Shown: positions 1 to 12,640, counted from the stretch's first letter. The stretch: 64,000 nucleotides of DNA from Octopus bimaculoides (GCF_001194135.2 NC_068982.1:35184097-35248096); one strand, 5' to 3'. A program made the numbers and translations. The notes: generated by a model from the sequence alone, not told the origin.

Positions 1-690
1 TTGGATAGAGTACTATCAGTTAATTTTCCATATGAGAGTGAAATGTTTTCTCTCATATCATCTTAGAATTAAAGCATTACGCATTATAATTATATACATT
101 CAGTCATAGATAGATATATATATATATAGGGGGTCGAAATGATAGCAGAGCAACGTGGCGGCACAAGACACTCGTTAAACGAGTATGACCATCACAGTTG
201 ATTATAAATATATTGTCAGCTACAGCCCGTGTGAAATTTGAAGTCAAGGACAGTCTGCGCAGCATGACGAAGACTCTCTTTTTCAAAGCGAAGGAGCCCA
301 CACACACATGCATAACCCAAAGCAAAATCTCAATCTCAATAATTTTAAGTGTTTTATCACAGTAACACTTTCTCAAAGAGACATGTTACAACTAAATTTA
401 ATGAGTATTTCACACCCACTAGCTTTACAGTAGTCCTTACACCAGCACAGAATTTCTTACGTGCTGCGCTATTGTTAGATAGTCGTTCACCCTACTCTGG
501 ATTCATCCGTTCTTTTGTGATGCATTGTTTTTGTTTTACTAGCTTTCTTTCTTGCAGTTATTCCTCACCAGGCTAGTCTGTATGTTTACAGACTTAGTGG
601 CCAACGACCGGCTATGCAACAGGTTGCACTCGATTACTTATTTTCAGGTGTTCTTAATAATATGTGTGTATGTTTGTGTATGTACAAGTA

Positions 691-1300
691 TTGGGTTACA
701 GTAAAATTCGTTCGTTTCTAAACTCGAAAAGTATTTTTATCGTAGTATTTTATGGTTTGCTTGTAACTGTATCCTTCCTCTAGAACTTTTGTTTATCGTT
801 TTTGAAACTTCTATCCTTTTTCAGACGTATGGCGATTGAGTACCAAGTAGAAAAAAAGATATGAGTACTTTAGATATCTGCTCCTCTTTGCTTTCATTCA
901 AGGTTCCAAAACTTCTAAGGCCGCTCGTAACATTTGTGCTGTGTACGGAGAAAGCTGTATTACTGAATGAACTGCACAAATAGTTTCCACATTTCGAGGA
1001 CAGGAAATTTGACCTCACAGACTCTTCGCTTTCCGGCCGACCTCCTCCGTTCAATGAAGGCCGATTGAACGAGCTCAACTACGAAGATCTGCACCAATCC
1101 ACAAGAGAATTGACCCAGTAGATAGGATGCTCTCATAATACCGTCATTCATCACCTTCACTGAGTTGGTAAGGTTCAAATCTCAGTGCATGTGTGCCACA
1201 CGCTCCGAAGAGACAAACTCCAAAGTTCTTCTATCTCCACCTGTTTTCTCAATCGACACCAGGCGACTCGTGGACAAAAACAGAGACTTTGAGCAGTTAG
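691..1300 (+). mobile_element. Mariner (DD34D) transposon, 5' part with left TIR and degraded transposase N-terminus
   Basis: TA then TTGGGTTACAGTAAAATTCGTTCGTTT resembles a mariner TIR. Frameshifted translation YLLLFAFIQGSKTSKAARNICAVYGE / FDLTDSSLSGRP / LHQSTRELTQ*IGCSHNTVIHHLH*VGKVQ / NRHQATRGQKQR matches the mariner HTH region. Stops and frameshifts present; homology ends where the LINE begins. Confidence 0.9.
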
Positions 1301-1349
1301 TAAGTAAAAGAAATGCAATGCCCATGAATTTTGTAATTCATCCTTGTGT

Positions 1350-4250
1350 AGTGTGATAGATGTGACTGATGTTCACTTCAAACATCTGTAGGTCGATAAC
1401 TACAGGGAAAAGATAGAAGGAGCTATGATTACAGATAGATATGTAATGTCAGAAAAGAGAAAAGATTGGACAAACAGTTTAGTGAAGGATTTAAAAAGTG
1501 ATAAATGGTAATGGTTATGGGGGGAGAAGTAAGGAATGTACCATTTGGGTTATAGTGGAACAAGAATCTAGCTGAATGGATCACAGTAGCAGATACAGCT
1601 ACTTATAAGGTACCGAAAGGCCTTATTTGGGATGTATTTTCAGAGTCACTTACTTTAAATATCAGTAATAATGTCGCTGGTATTTCTTTAAATATCAACA
1701 ATAAAGTTGCAGATATATAAGTTGTTATTTATCGCGCGTGTCTTACTTCAGCTCTATTGATAAATGGTTAATAATTTGTATCTAATCTACAAGTGAATGA
1801 CACATAGTCTGGTATGTAATATTAGCAACGATAGAAATATGAAGTCATTGTGAGAGATCGTCCACAATTTTGAGTCCTAACATTTGTAAAGATTTTGAAT
1901 ATAGATGTAGCGATTGTATCTTTGTGAGCTGTTAGAAGAAAGTAGGTTTTCATGTTATATTTGGGGAATGTTCACGAGATCTGTGTTAATGTAGGCTGTG
2001 TATGCATCTGACATAAGGTTAGGTAGAGATAATACCTATGCGCTGGAGGTTAGACTAAAGTAAAGCGTTGTATTATTTGCATAAGAGTGTGTGTATTTCC
2101 TAAGAAACGACAGTAAGTCTTTTATGTATTAAAGAAACAGTTTGTGAAACACAAAAGGCAGTTGAGATACACAGGATAATAGAATGCAGGGTTAATAGTT
2201 CCCGTGAGTTTGCCTAATGGACTTGTCTGGCAAGAAATTTCCCTTATATATGAGCTAAATATACAACACAAGCAATATAATTAGAAGATCCTTAAATCAG
2301 ATACAAATCGAATCTTTTGCTGATGTCAACATCAAAAGCATTGTTTCGTCGAAGTTCTCTTTGGTGGGAAGACATTAATTTATTAGAAAATGAGGAGGAT
2401 ACTGTAACCTGCCTCTATAGAAATTGTATTGATCACTGAGGAAGGTAAGGTATTTAAAATGATAAAGTTGGTGGTTATTTACGACCGTTTGTATCATCTG
2501 TGTAGTGTTGGATGTGAGAGCAATAAGTCGGTAATTTTCAGAGTCAGACAAAATGATTTACCTTATTTGAGGCATATACAATGAGGAAAATCTTCATAGA
2601 CAAGAAAATTTTGAAGTATTTGACAACGATATGACACAACTAGAATAAAGCTATATAATAATGGGAGCTAATCAACGGTTGCGACAGAGTAATCGCAGAG
2701 GTTTTCACATCACGGGACGGTGAAAGAAGTGATGTATAAAACTTAGGTTGATATTACCGTATGTAAGCAACATGGATTTGGAAGCAAATCAGCAAATAGT
2801 GAAGAGTACTGGGTATACGAGAAAATTGGTTATATAACCTACATATAAAAAGGTAAAGACCCCCTTCGATCATGAATGACCATGGTATTACATCTAGAAA
2901 GTTACCCTCCAAAGCACAAGTCTGGGCAAGGGGTTGTTTATGGAAGATCAGCAGTTGCTCATGCATACCAACCTCCCCTCTCCATGTCACCGATTTTATC
3001 CAAGAGAAAGGCTAAGGCCAATACAGCTTGGCACCAGTGACGTCACAACTTGTTTCTACAGCTGGAGCAACGTGAATAGAGTGTCTTGCTCAAGAACACA
3101 ACACACAGCTCGGTCCGGGAATCGAACTCACTACCTCATGATCGTGAGCCCGACGATCTAACCACTAAGCCATGAGCCTTCACATATATATAACCTATAT
3201 ATAACTTGGTTGTATATAGGTTATATAAGGGTTGTGAACAGTTCAGTTCTGTAATATTGGTACTGATTCTCTTAGTGACAAAGCAAGATGCTAATTTCAG
3301 AGATGAGAGGGGTTTTGTAATAGGCTTTGCACAAGAGTATCCATTACTTTCCTGATGCTCATCTTGCAGCTGTTGCGGTGATGGTAAACTAATACCTGTT
3401 GCCGTTGACAGGTTACATCTTCAAAGATGTAGCCTAATTCTTGTCTGTAATGCTACAGCTGCAAGTGAAACACTCGGGGGGGGGTGTTCGTTATATGAGG
3501 ATGCGTATCAGAAAACTCGATGGGCTTCATATAAATATTTCCTTATAAATGTGATAACTACATCACAGCTAAGACGTATAAAATAACTAATACCACTTGC
3601 TTACTAGTACTAGAGAAGGTTCATCGCGAACGTACAAAGAGATAAGTGATGAGTGTGGCATAAGCGATTCACATTAACGGATATTTACTACACATTTTAA
3701 ATGAAATATGAAAGGATTTGCGATGTATCTAGATAGAGGTTTCTAAATTTAAACCTAGTAACACCAAGAATTAGCTGCAGCAACAGAGCAAATTGTATGC
3801 CATTATGACACATACCAGTTTTACACAAGCTTTCTTAATCATTTCTTCAAAATCGTTGTCAATCTTAAAAGAGTAAGTATGCATAATGTATAGAATTGGG
3901 AGCTGTGATGAGCTGGTCTTAATAACTGAAATGGAAGATAAAACATCTAAAAAGAATTGCTAGATTAGGAAAAGCAAGTCAATCAATGCCATATTGAAAT
4001 TTCCAAGTATTTCATCTCACAGTAATCCTAGGATAATGATTACTAATACTTGATATTGACAAGCTTTTTATTATTTCTTTTTCAAAATCCACAAGCTTTG
4101 ATGCTGACGATGATAAATTGTCAATACCACAAAGCTCGTTTGCAGCACATTTCAACGAAGCAGAATCTCCATAATGACATTTGTTCTTTGATATATTTAT
4201 TAAATAAATCTAGTGAAAATATAATCAGTATCTCAGCGACAAAATGAATC
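1350..4250 (-). mobile_element. Decayed CR1/L2-clade LINE, nearly complete ORF2 (APE endonuclease + RT), interrupted by a SINE
   Basis: Minus-strand motifs in the expected order: ILGNFNM (~4000, endonuclease GDFN), RNSCKMSIRK and LSSLKLAS (~3300-3400), SDSENYRLIALTS (~2500-2550), DVDISKRFD (~2310-2340), LFL*YIKDLLSFLRKYTHSYANNTTLYFS (~2055-2140, degenerate YADD), MLGLKIVDDLSQ*LHIS (~1850), FPVVIDLQMFEVNISH (~1370-1410). Many stops and frameshifts. Confidence 0.85.
2860..3183 (-). mobile_element. tRNA-derived SINE (family D) inserted in the CR1 LINE
   Basis: Minus-strand head GTGAAGGCTCATGGCTTAGTGGTTAG...GAGTTCGATTCCCGG (box A/B), then GTTGTGTTCTTGAGCAAGACAC (CORE/Meta-like domain). Related copy at 60933-61185. 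Confidence 0.85.
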
Positions 4251-4313
4251 AGTATTAGTTAATAAATGGCATTTAGTTCATAATTTTAAACTCAATATCA
4301 GTAATATTTACAA

Positions 4314-4525
4314 GGCGGTGAGCTGGCAGAAACGTTAGCACGCTAGGCGAAATGCTAAGCAGTATCTCGTCTGTCTTTACGTTCTGAGTTCAAATTCTGC
4401 CGAGGTCAACTTTGCCTTTCATCCTTTCGGGGTCAATAAATTAAGTACCAGTTGCGTACTGGAGTCGATCTAATCGACTGGATCCTTCCCCAAAAATTTC
4501 GGGCTTTGTGCCTAGAGTAGAAAGG
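4314..4525 (+). mobile_element. tRNA-derived SINE family A
   Basis: GGCGGTGAGCTGGCAGAAACGTTAGCAC...GAGTTCAAATTCTGCC...CATCCTTTCGGGGTCAATAAA; more than 10 homologous copies in the window. Confidence 0.9.
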
Positions 4526-4615
4526 GACCTTGGGAAAGTGTCTTCTACCATAGCCTCGGGTAGATCAAAGTCTTGTGAGTGTATATGGTAGACTAAGCTG
4601 AAAGAAGCACATCTA
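4526..4615 (+). mobile_element. SINE family B internal fragment
   Basis: ACCTTGGGAAAGTGTCTTCTACCATAGCCTCGGG...CTGAAAGAAGC matches the full copy at 61995-62405. Confidence 0.75.
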
Positions 4616-4621
4616 AACGCT

Positions 4622-5216
4622 TTGCAACGTTTGTTTTTGAAAGTAGTGGTTTTCTGNNNNNNNNNNNNNNNNNNNNNNNNNNNNNNNNNNNNNNNNNNNN
4701 NNNNNNNNNNNNNNCGACGGTCCCTATCTGAAAGTTTTGGTTTTCTTCCGGAGATTTGTTTCGACGAGAAGGTTTATCCCCCTTTTCAAAATGCTGTCAT
4801 TACTTTAGAGATAGTACTTCTTGATACACCAAACATTTTGGTTGTTTTCTTTACGCTATCACCTGCCATACGAGCACCAACAATTTGACCTCTTTGAAAG
4901 TCCGATAGATCTGTCATTTTAATGAATTTTAATTACCTTTTTCTGATGATATGTGAAAAAGGAACAGTAATTTTAGCAACACATATTAAGCAACACTAAT
5001 AATAAATCAGGAAACATAAAAAAAAACCTTTTGACGGTTTTATAGATATTTTTAAAATACTGTTGTGACTGGGGAGAGTCATTCTCTTTTGGTGCCTTAT
5101 AATTTTTAACACATTCACCAGTAAAATTTCCACGTATTTCTTTTTTATTTTACTAAAATTTTCGTTGCGTTTTGCAACCTTTTCTATAGTTTTGATTCTG
5201 TCCGTTACTCACACTG
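4622..5216 (-). mobile_element. Tc1-like transposon 5' part (transposase N-terminus, ATG at 4917)
   Basis: Minus translation MTDLSDFQRGQIVGARMAGDSVKKTTKMFGVSRSTISKVMTAF*KGG*TFSSKQISGRKPKLSDRDRR is a typical Tc1 paired-like HTH. Probable TIR start CAGTG at 5216. Confidence 0.88.
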
Positions 5217-5225
5217 CATTCCCTT

Positions 5226-5550
5226 TTGTTCGTTTGTGTGCATGTGTGTGGGTCAGTGTGTATGTGTGTGTGTGTGTGTGTGTGTGCCTATACATGCATG
5301 TATGTACGTATGTATGTTATGCATGTGTGTGTATGCATGTATGTATATGTGTGCATATGTATCTATTTATATGTGTATATTTGTATGTATGCATTCTGCA
5401 TATTCATATGTTTGCATGTCAGTGCTTGTGTGCTTTTATACATGTGTGTGTGCCTCTGTGTGTTTGTATATGTGCGTGTGTATCCCTGTCTCTTTGTGTG
5501 TGCTTGTCTGAGTGTGTGTTTTGCAACTATCTACTGTGTTTGTATGTATA
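5226..5550. repeat. Degenerate (GT)/(AT)/(GTAT) microsatellite
   Basis: Direct reading; explains the CV/YM-rich pseudo-ORFs. Confidence 0.95.
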
Positions 5551-5894
5551 AGGCACCAAAAGAGAATGACTCTCCCCAGACACAACAGAATATGCTTCAA
5601 CGCATGAACTCACATAAAGAATCTTGTAAATCAAATCCAAAAACGATGTATAAATACAATAGAATGTCTTATATAATTTTTTGCTTATTTCATACCAGAC
5701 CATGCCTTCCCCGACAGATAGGCCTCTTGATCAGAACAGATTTGTGCAATCAAGGTGCAGAAATGGCGTATTCCGAATGAACAAGACAATGTAATCTGAT
5801 GGTAGAAAGAATCCCGCGAATTAGGTACTCCAAAGTCAAATGTAACCACATGTGAATCGTTGACGATTTTCTTCCTCCGACTTCCATTCTATTG

Positions 5895-6034
5895 GACTTT
5901 CCTCTGTTTCCGACGAAGAGCGTCTGCTCGAAACGTTAAACCGTCTTTCTTTCCTTCCCTGAGCGCCTGCTAATACTTTACATGTACCACGTCCTCACGC
6001 TGTTGCTTTTTTGTGTTTGTACTTGTTTTGGATT

Positions 6035-6040
<6 letters not shown>
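5895..6040 (+). mobile_element. Short Penelope-like terminal element ending in (TA)n
   Basis: Homologous to 52640-52800 (GAAGAGC..GCTCGAAACGTTAAA..TTCCC.GAGCG..CTAATAC..ACCAC..GTCCTC..TGTTG); carries an HHR motif. Confidence 0.65.
5906..5941 (+). ncRNA. Minimal type I hammerhead ribozyme motif (U4C core variant)
   Basis: GTTT-CCGACGA-A-GAGC gtct GCTC-GAA-AC/GT-T-AAAC: stem I GTTT/AAAC, stem II GAGC/GCTC, palindromic ACGT stem III, GUU site. Confidence 0.65.
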
Positions 6041-6066
<26 letters not shown>

Positions 6067-6288
6067 NNNNNNNNNNNNNNNNNNNNNNNNNNNNNNNNNN
6101 NNNNNNNNNNNNNNNNNNNNNNNNNNNNNNNNNNNNNNNNNNNNNNNNNNNNNNNNNNNNNNNNNNNNNNNNNNNNNNNNNNNNNNNNNNNNNNNNNNNN
6201 NNNNNNTAACAATGCACTATAGAACAAAAAATGGACTATATATGTGTTGTAACTTGGTAAACTATAGTCCAATGATATTTCGGAATTA

Positions 6289-6324
<36 letters not shown>

Positions 6325-7004
6325 CGTTTCACGGGCAGCATTCAACTTTTTCTAGCCAAAGGGATTTTTAATTACGCACTATTGTTTAGAGCTTCTTTTT
6401 TACTTCGAAATTCACTGTTATAAAGAAAACTGTTTCATATGCATGTGCGTCCGCGTGCGTGCGTGTGTTTACATTGCGTGTATGTGTGAGTCTGAATATG
6501 CATATACATACACACATACACATTTCCCTAGATGGGATAGTATTGTTATTTCTTGAAGTACAGGTTTGACAGACACTCAAACTATATTGTGGGATTTCGT
6601 GACACATTAAGACATGCTTTGTTCTATTGTAGATTTAATATTTTATTAACGATTTCTGGTTATGTTATTTGGTTTTGTTTTAATCTTCTTTCTTTAAGTC
6701 GTATAATTCCTTGCTCTGGTTTTGATTTGTTTTGTTTCATTTTGCTTTTGTTCTTAGTTCGGTGTCTTTCTTTCTCATTCTGTCTGTCCTTGTACAATGT
6801 TTTTGCTACCTAACCCTTCTACAACAGCCACCACTAATTTTTTCACATTCTTTTTCGTCTCTGGCTTTCTTTTATTGCTTTATTAAGAACAACTTATGTA
6901 ATTGATACGTCTTTTCTACCGCCTGTGTCTTTCACTCTGTTGTCACATTTACATTACGTTAATGTCTGGCCACGTCACTATTACATAAACACTTTGAAAG
7001 AAAT

Positions 7005-7330
7005 CGCACTAATCGTCATCATCATGCTTATCATCATCATCATTATCATCATCATCATCATCGACATCATCATAGCCGTCATCGTTATCGTCATCATCAT
7101 CACTATCGTCATTGTCGTCGTCATCATAATCACCACCATCATCATCGTCGTCATCGTCATCATCATCGTCGTCGTCATCATAGTCACCACCATCGTCGTC
7201 GTCGTCATCATCGCCGTCGTCATCATCGCCGTCGTCATCATCACTGTCGTCATCAACGCCGTCGTCATCATCGCCGTCGTCATCAACGCCGTCGTCATCA
7301 TCGCCGTCGTCATCATCGCCGTCGTCATCA
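7005..7330. repeat. (CAT/CGT)n trinucleotide tract grading into a 15-bp minisatellite GTCGTCATCATCGCC
   Basis: Direct reading; runs into the 7331-8284 gap. Confidence 0.95.
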
Positions 7331-8622
7331 NNNNNNNNNNNNNNNNNNNNNNNNNNNNNNNNNNNNNNNNNNNNNNNNNNNNNNNNNNNNNNNNNNNNNN
7401 NNNNNNNNNNNNNNNNNNNNNNNNNNNNNNNNNNNNNNNNNNNNNNNNNNNNNNNNNNNNNNNNNNNNNNNNNNNNNNNNNNNNNNNNNNNNNNNNNNNN
7501 NNNNNNNNNNNNNNNNNNNNNNNNNNNNNNNNNNNNNNNNNNNNNNNNNNNNNNNNNNNNNNNNNNNNNNNNNNNNNNNNNNNNNNNNNNNNNNNNNNNN
7601 NNNNNNNNNNNNNNNNNNNNNNNNNNNNNNNNNNNNNNNNNNNNNNNNNNNNNNNNNNNNNNNNNNNNNNNNNNNNNNNNNNNNNNNNNNNNNNNNNNNN
7701 NNNNNNNNNNNNNNNNNNNNNNNNNNNNNNNNNNNNNNNNNNNNNNNNNNNNNNNNNNNNNNNNNNNNNNNNNNNNNNNNNNNNNNNNNNNNNNNNNNNN
7801 NNNNNNNNNNNNNNNNNNNNNNNNNNNNNNNNNNNNNNNNNNNNNNNNNNNNNNNNNNNNNNNNNNNNNNNNNNNNNNNNNNNNNNNNNNNNNNNNNNNN
7901 NNNNNNNNNNNNNNNNNNNNNNNNNNNNNNNNNNNNNNNNNNNNNNNNNNNNNNNNNNNNNNNNNNNNNNNNNNNNNNNNNNNNNNNNNNNNNNNNNNNN
8001 NNNNNNNNNNNNNNNNNNNNNNNNNNNNNNNNNNNNNNNNNNNNNNNNNNNNNNNNNNNNNNNNNNNNNNNNNNNNNNNNNNNNNNNNNNNNNNNNNNNN
8101 NNNNNNNNNNNNNNNNNNNNNNNNNNNNNNNNNNNNNNNNNNNNNNNNNNNNNNNNNNNNNNNNNNNNNNNNNNNNNNNNNNNNNNNNNNNNNNNNNNNN
8201 NNNNNNNNNNNNNNNNNNNNNNNNNNNNNNNNNNNNNNNNNNNNNNNNNNNNNNNNNNNNNNNNNNNNNNNNNNNNNNNNNNNNATATATATATATATAA
8301 GCAGAACATTGAAACTCTGAGATTTGAAATCAGATGTCACTACTGTACATATCATCTGTGGATAAATTTTAAAATTGATGACATCACCAGCAGTGACACA
8401 GGTAGATCACAGGCGCAATAACATTAAATAGCTATGAATTATAAATTTGCACCAAGCGTAATGATACTTAACAAGCATCTACCTGCTAGAAATAAGAGCT
8501 TAAGTCTTAAATTAATCCACCGTACAGCACCAAGATAACAGAGAAAAACAGTATGCGAGGAAAACAGAAAGAATTAAAACATTTAACGGCACAAGATAAA
8601 AATATTATGCAATTAGGGATAT

Positions 8623-8677
8623 CCACAAACCAGGTTTCGGTTTTGGGGTATTTAAACCCTGAGCCTCATCAGTGTGG
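8623..8677 (-). ncRNA. Type I hammerhead ribozyme motif with canonical core
   Basis: Minus: CCACA-CTGATGA-GG ctca GGGT ttaaat ACCC caaaa CC-GAA-ACC T GGT-T-TGTGG; stem I CCACA/TGTGG, GUU site. Confidence 0.75.
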
Positions 8678-9074
8678 CCTACCGGGTAATAATCCATAAC
8701 TGTCACGTTAAACTCTGACAATGCAACTGGTTTTGTTTTGCGCCAAAAAACAGAGCACATGGTGCATAAAAATTTATAAGCAAAACATTCAAACACTGAG
8801 ACTTGTATGTGATTAATGTTAGATAAGGCTTATATTTAAATCAGTTCGAACGCACCCACATAGTTACTATACTCGTCTCCCACTGCGCACAGGGGTTCCT
8901 ATTTGAAGGTGATTTTATTAACATTGCAAGTACAAAATATATTAAAATGACTTTTGAGCAATATTGTAAAAGAATTTACATTTACATAGATAAAATTACA
9001 GAGATAAATTAAACCGACACGCTATTCACTGTTTGTCTGAGGTATTCTAACAATCTACTCAAATGTAGTCATAG

Positions 9075-9088
9075 ATACATACATACAT

Positions 9089-9139
<51 letters not shown>

Positions 9140-9140
9140 T
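9075..9140. repeat. (ACAT)n(ACAG)n microsatellite
   Basis: Direct reading. Confidence 0.95.
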
Positions 9141-9147
9141 AAATGTA

Positions 9148-9780
9148 CACGATGTCTTCAAACAATGTATACACAGTTTAACAGCTAATAACTCACTTTT
9201 ATTTGTTTGGGAATTTAATCGATTACAAATAATGAAGTTTTGAACAAAGGAAATTTAGCCTCAATGGCTACTTGATGTGCAAAACCAGTTTAAGAGTTTC
9301 AAATAGATTCACTCACACAACTTGCCATTGCTCGAATTACATATAAGCTTGAAGCAGATGGAACTGTTCAGAATGCCTACGAGAAACGTTCCAGAAACCC
9401 GCAGATATCGATAAGTCTCACAAAGCAAAGAAAAAAAAGGTACAAGAAACGTATAGCCATAGTTTATGAAAATATGTGCAATAAGCGAGTTCTGAAACAG
9501 AAATGTCAAGATCCAGCGTCCATTGTATTCTGAAGTGCTGTCATTGGATAAGTTATATTCCAAGTATAGTCCATGCTCTCAATGAAAATGATCCGAAGCG
9601 AATAATGGATTTTAAAAATGGTGCTTGGCAAGATGTACAGAAGATGCAAGTTTTCCAATAAAGACGTTTTGTTATAATGAGGTTGCATTTAAATTAAATG
9701 GCTCAATTAACTGCAGCATTTGCATCAACTGAGGATCTGAAAATTAGACAAAGAGGTTCGATAGAACACCTTCTGCGTTC
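9148..9780 (+). mobile_element. Tc1/mariner-superfamily relic, rosa/DD41D-like, 5' half
   Basis: TIR-like TA+CACGATGTCTTCAAACAATGTATACACAGTTTAAC. Translations LAIARITYKLEADGTVQNAYEKRSRNP, SRSSVHCILKCCHWISYIPSIVHALNENDPKRIMDF and NEVAFKLNGSIN match this transposase group. Subfamily assignment from memory of motifs. Confidence 0.8.
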
Positions 9781-10894
9781 ACCGGAGATAAAACTACTAA
9801 GCTTTTTTTATGAGAATATTTAAAACATAAAGTTTACGGTGGTGGGTTTGACATTGGAGCGGATATGAGTGGTGCATAGTATTGTGAGAGTATATTTCTT
9901 GAGAATTATTTTGACTATTTGTTTTTAAATTTATTATTTGTGCGCAATGTTTATCTCCCTGTATTGTGTGCGTCATGTATTATGTTAATTTGGTTAACAG
10001 ATACACATATGCAGACTGCACAACACGGACAACTGTCTCTCAAAGAAACACAACGCCACACCATTTAAACTACTTCACTAACCACTCAATGACAACCCAG
10101 TGAGCTTTGAAACAAGACCCCAAAGCATATATTCCTGCCACACCTATAATTCCGTTTCTCACGAATAGTAGGGTATTTACCTGTCCTATCAAAAGCCAGA
10201 TTATTTTTCTTAGGCACTGACAGAAAACCTATATTCATTTAGATCTATATCTTTTATGAGCAAGACTCTGTGGGGTAGAGATTTACCAACACAAACTACA
10301 CGGACAGATTAATAACCAGAAACTAAATAGAAGATTAATAACCAGAAATAATTTCTTTTGCCCAGGTATCATACACGCTTCATACTACAACACATGCATT
10401 CCACCAAACCCGCAACTTATAAATGAAATATTATTTTTTCAATTCCTCGATAATGTTAGGATTAAAAGCATATAAGAAACGACAAATTACTGCAAAGTAT
10501 TCAACCTTCAGGTCAAAAATATTCGACACACATTCGAAACTTTGTGATTATGACGACAGCGAAACCGGTTGGTAAAATAGGATATTCTTTTTCCTGAAAG
10601 CTTTCTTAAATTAAAACATTCTTTATACAATTTTTCTTTTATATGCGAAAACTTTACTATAAATTCTGATTTTCCTTTTCGTATAAAACTCTTGTGAAAA
10701 TATACAGTAATATTATAGAGTAAAAATTTGTGCGATAACATATTTTATGTGCAAAAGTAATTTTGCTTCCCAACCACTTCATCTGGGCAGCATTGAGACT
10801 TGGAATATAAATAGCCTGAAGAAATACTAAGTATTTTGTCCAGCTTATGTTGAGTACTAATCCACATATGTATATATGTATGTGTGTGCTCGCA

Positions 10895-10897
<3 letters not shown>

Positions 10898-10982
<85 letters not shown>
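10898..10982. repeat. (GT)n microsatellite
   Basis: Direct reading. Confidence 0.97.
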
Positions 10983-10988
<6 letters not shown>

Positions 10989-11859
10989 TGGGAGTGGGAA
11001 TAACGCATTAAAAAGGTAAGAAACAAAGGGAAATATTCAAATCGAGAACCGAATGAAAAAAAAAACCGGTTTTGGCTTTGCTGTTTGCCTTCACATTGTT
11101 TATGGAAAGCAATTGTGAATTTAACAATTGTCATGTAGAGTTTCGACACATTTCATCCTACAATAAAAAGAAAGATAAAGAGAGGTAACGTCTAAACATA
11201 TGGTCATGCTTATTATGTAATAATTAATCATTTGATCATAATTACTTTGATTCGAAGTAGTAATTAGAATAGATTGAACAACATGGTAGTTAGTATATAA
11301 GTTGTTGCAACTCCATTCTGTATTTGTCCAGCAGTAGTAGTCCAACACTATATATATCGAACAATGAGAATAAGTACTCGACAGTGCATTACTTCATAAA
11401 TGTTTTAGTCCGGAAACGAACACCAATTTTTGCTGAGATATTTCTTAGCATAAAACCAATGGTATCCCTAGTACACAAATAAAATATACATATATAAATA
11501 CATATATGTGTGTGTGTGCTTGTGTTTGTTTGTGTGTTTTTGTGTGTGCGTGTTTTTTGTGAATCTGTTTGTGTGTGTGTGTGTGTGTATATGTGCGTAT
11601 GTATGTATGCTTAGATAAAGAGAGGATGGAATTTAATGTCTCTTTAGAATTTAAGTCTGTAAAATATGTGATTAATATCCATCGGAGAATGTTGGTATTA
11701 ATAAATCTGTCTCAAACGTCCTTAATCTGGTTGCAGAATCCTTAATCCTTTTGCGTTTTTGTACTCTACTCTGTGACCTTATAAGGAACTTATTCAGTTT
11801 ACTTCGTCAAATTTATTGCCAAAAATATCGACATATATATGTGTGTGTGTATGTGTGTT

Positions 11860-11899
<40 letters not shown>

Positions 11900-12059
11900 T
11901 GTGCGTGTGTGTGTGTATGTGTGAGTGTATGTAAGTATGTATATATGTATATATGTATGTATGTATATATGTATATATGTATATATGGTCATATCACGCT
12001 GAAAGTAATCTCGAGCCTAGTTATTATTTAGTTGGTTGAACATACATATATAGTTTATT

Positions 12060-12640
12060 TATTTATTTAGGGCAATTGGGGGTGCCGAGTGAATATGATA
12101 TCGCACTGTCGATAATAGTTCACTTGATACTGGGTGTTTCGTCTCGGAGATCACGATGTTTCCAAAGTAAGTGTGTCAGGTATGCGGTATTTTTTTTTTC
12201 CGTGGATCTAAATGAATACAAGTGCAGGCAAAATCTTTTCTTGAAGTCATTGGCTGTCATGCCCATATAGTGCCTGATAATGCCATCGGGTGGTGTATGG
12301 GTGGCGCTGTATACTACATCCATTCAGAGGCAGGATCCTCCTAGACGTCAGGTGGTAAAGTTTCAGCAGTCCCAGGTTGGGATGGGGGTTGTATAGATGC
12401 GATATTACGTCTGCTGGTGTGTGCGATGTTGTCTAAGCAGGAGTAGCTTACCTTCACATTAAGGGGTTTTAAGAGTTTGCAATACTTATGGCTTCTGGGG
12501 AAATGTTTCTGTGTTAACGACAGGAAGCCCCTGGCTACTATGGTACAAATATCTAGGTTACATTGGGGGCGGGGCGAGCTTATACCAGATTATTTCCTTT
12601 TCCTAATTCTTTTGGGGTAGGGTCAAGGGGTCCGGTGTTC
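12060..12640 (-). mobile_element. Penelope-like element ORF fragment (RT thumb/linker + GIY-YIG endonuclease)
   Basis: Minus translations FLSLTQKHFPRSHKYCKLLKPLNVKVSYSCLDNIA and VVYSAT...HYMGMTANDFKKRFCLHLYSFRSTEKKNTAYLTHLLWKHRD..PSIKW match PLE linker and GIY-YIG patterns. Confidence 0.85.

Noticed and set aside
3396-3458. 63-nt segment with AG/GT boundaries on the minus strand
   Set aside because: All three frames are closed from the main acceptor, and the sequence matches the LINE linker region.
4120-4225. Apparent minus-strand terminal exon (DLFNKYIKEQMSLWRFCF...) after TTTTCACTAG
   Set aside because: Lies within the endonuclease region of the decayed CR1 LINE.
8340-8421. FKIDDITSSDTG resembling an Ig-domain strand E/F motif
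   Set aside because: No following Y-x-C, weak splice context, no other Ig features.
9309-9563. Hydrophobic minus-strand ORF resembling a membrane protein
   Set aside because: It is the antisense of the plus-strand transposase relic.
10535-10575. ATGACGA..GAAACCGGTT hammerhead-like remnant
   Set aside because: Stem II is absent and stem I does not pair; too degenerate to call, although a decayed PLE end is possible.
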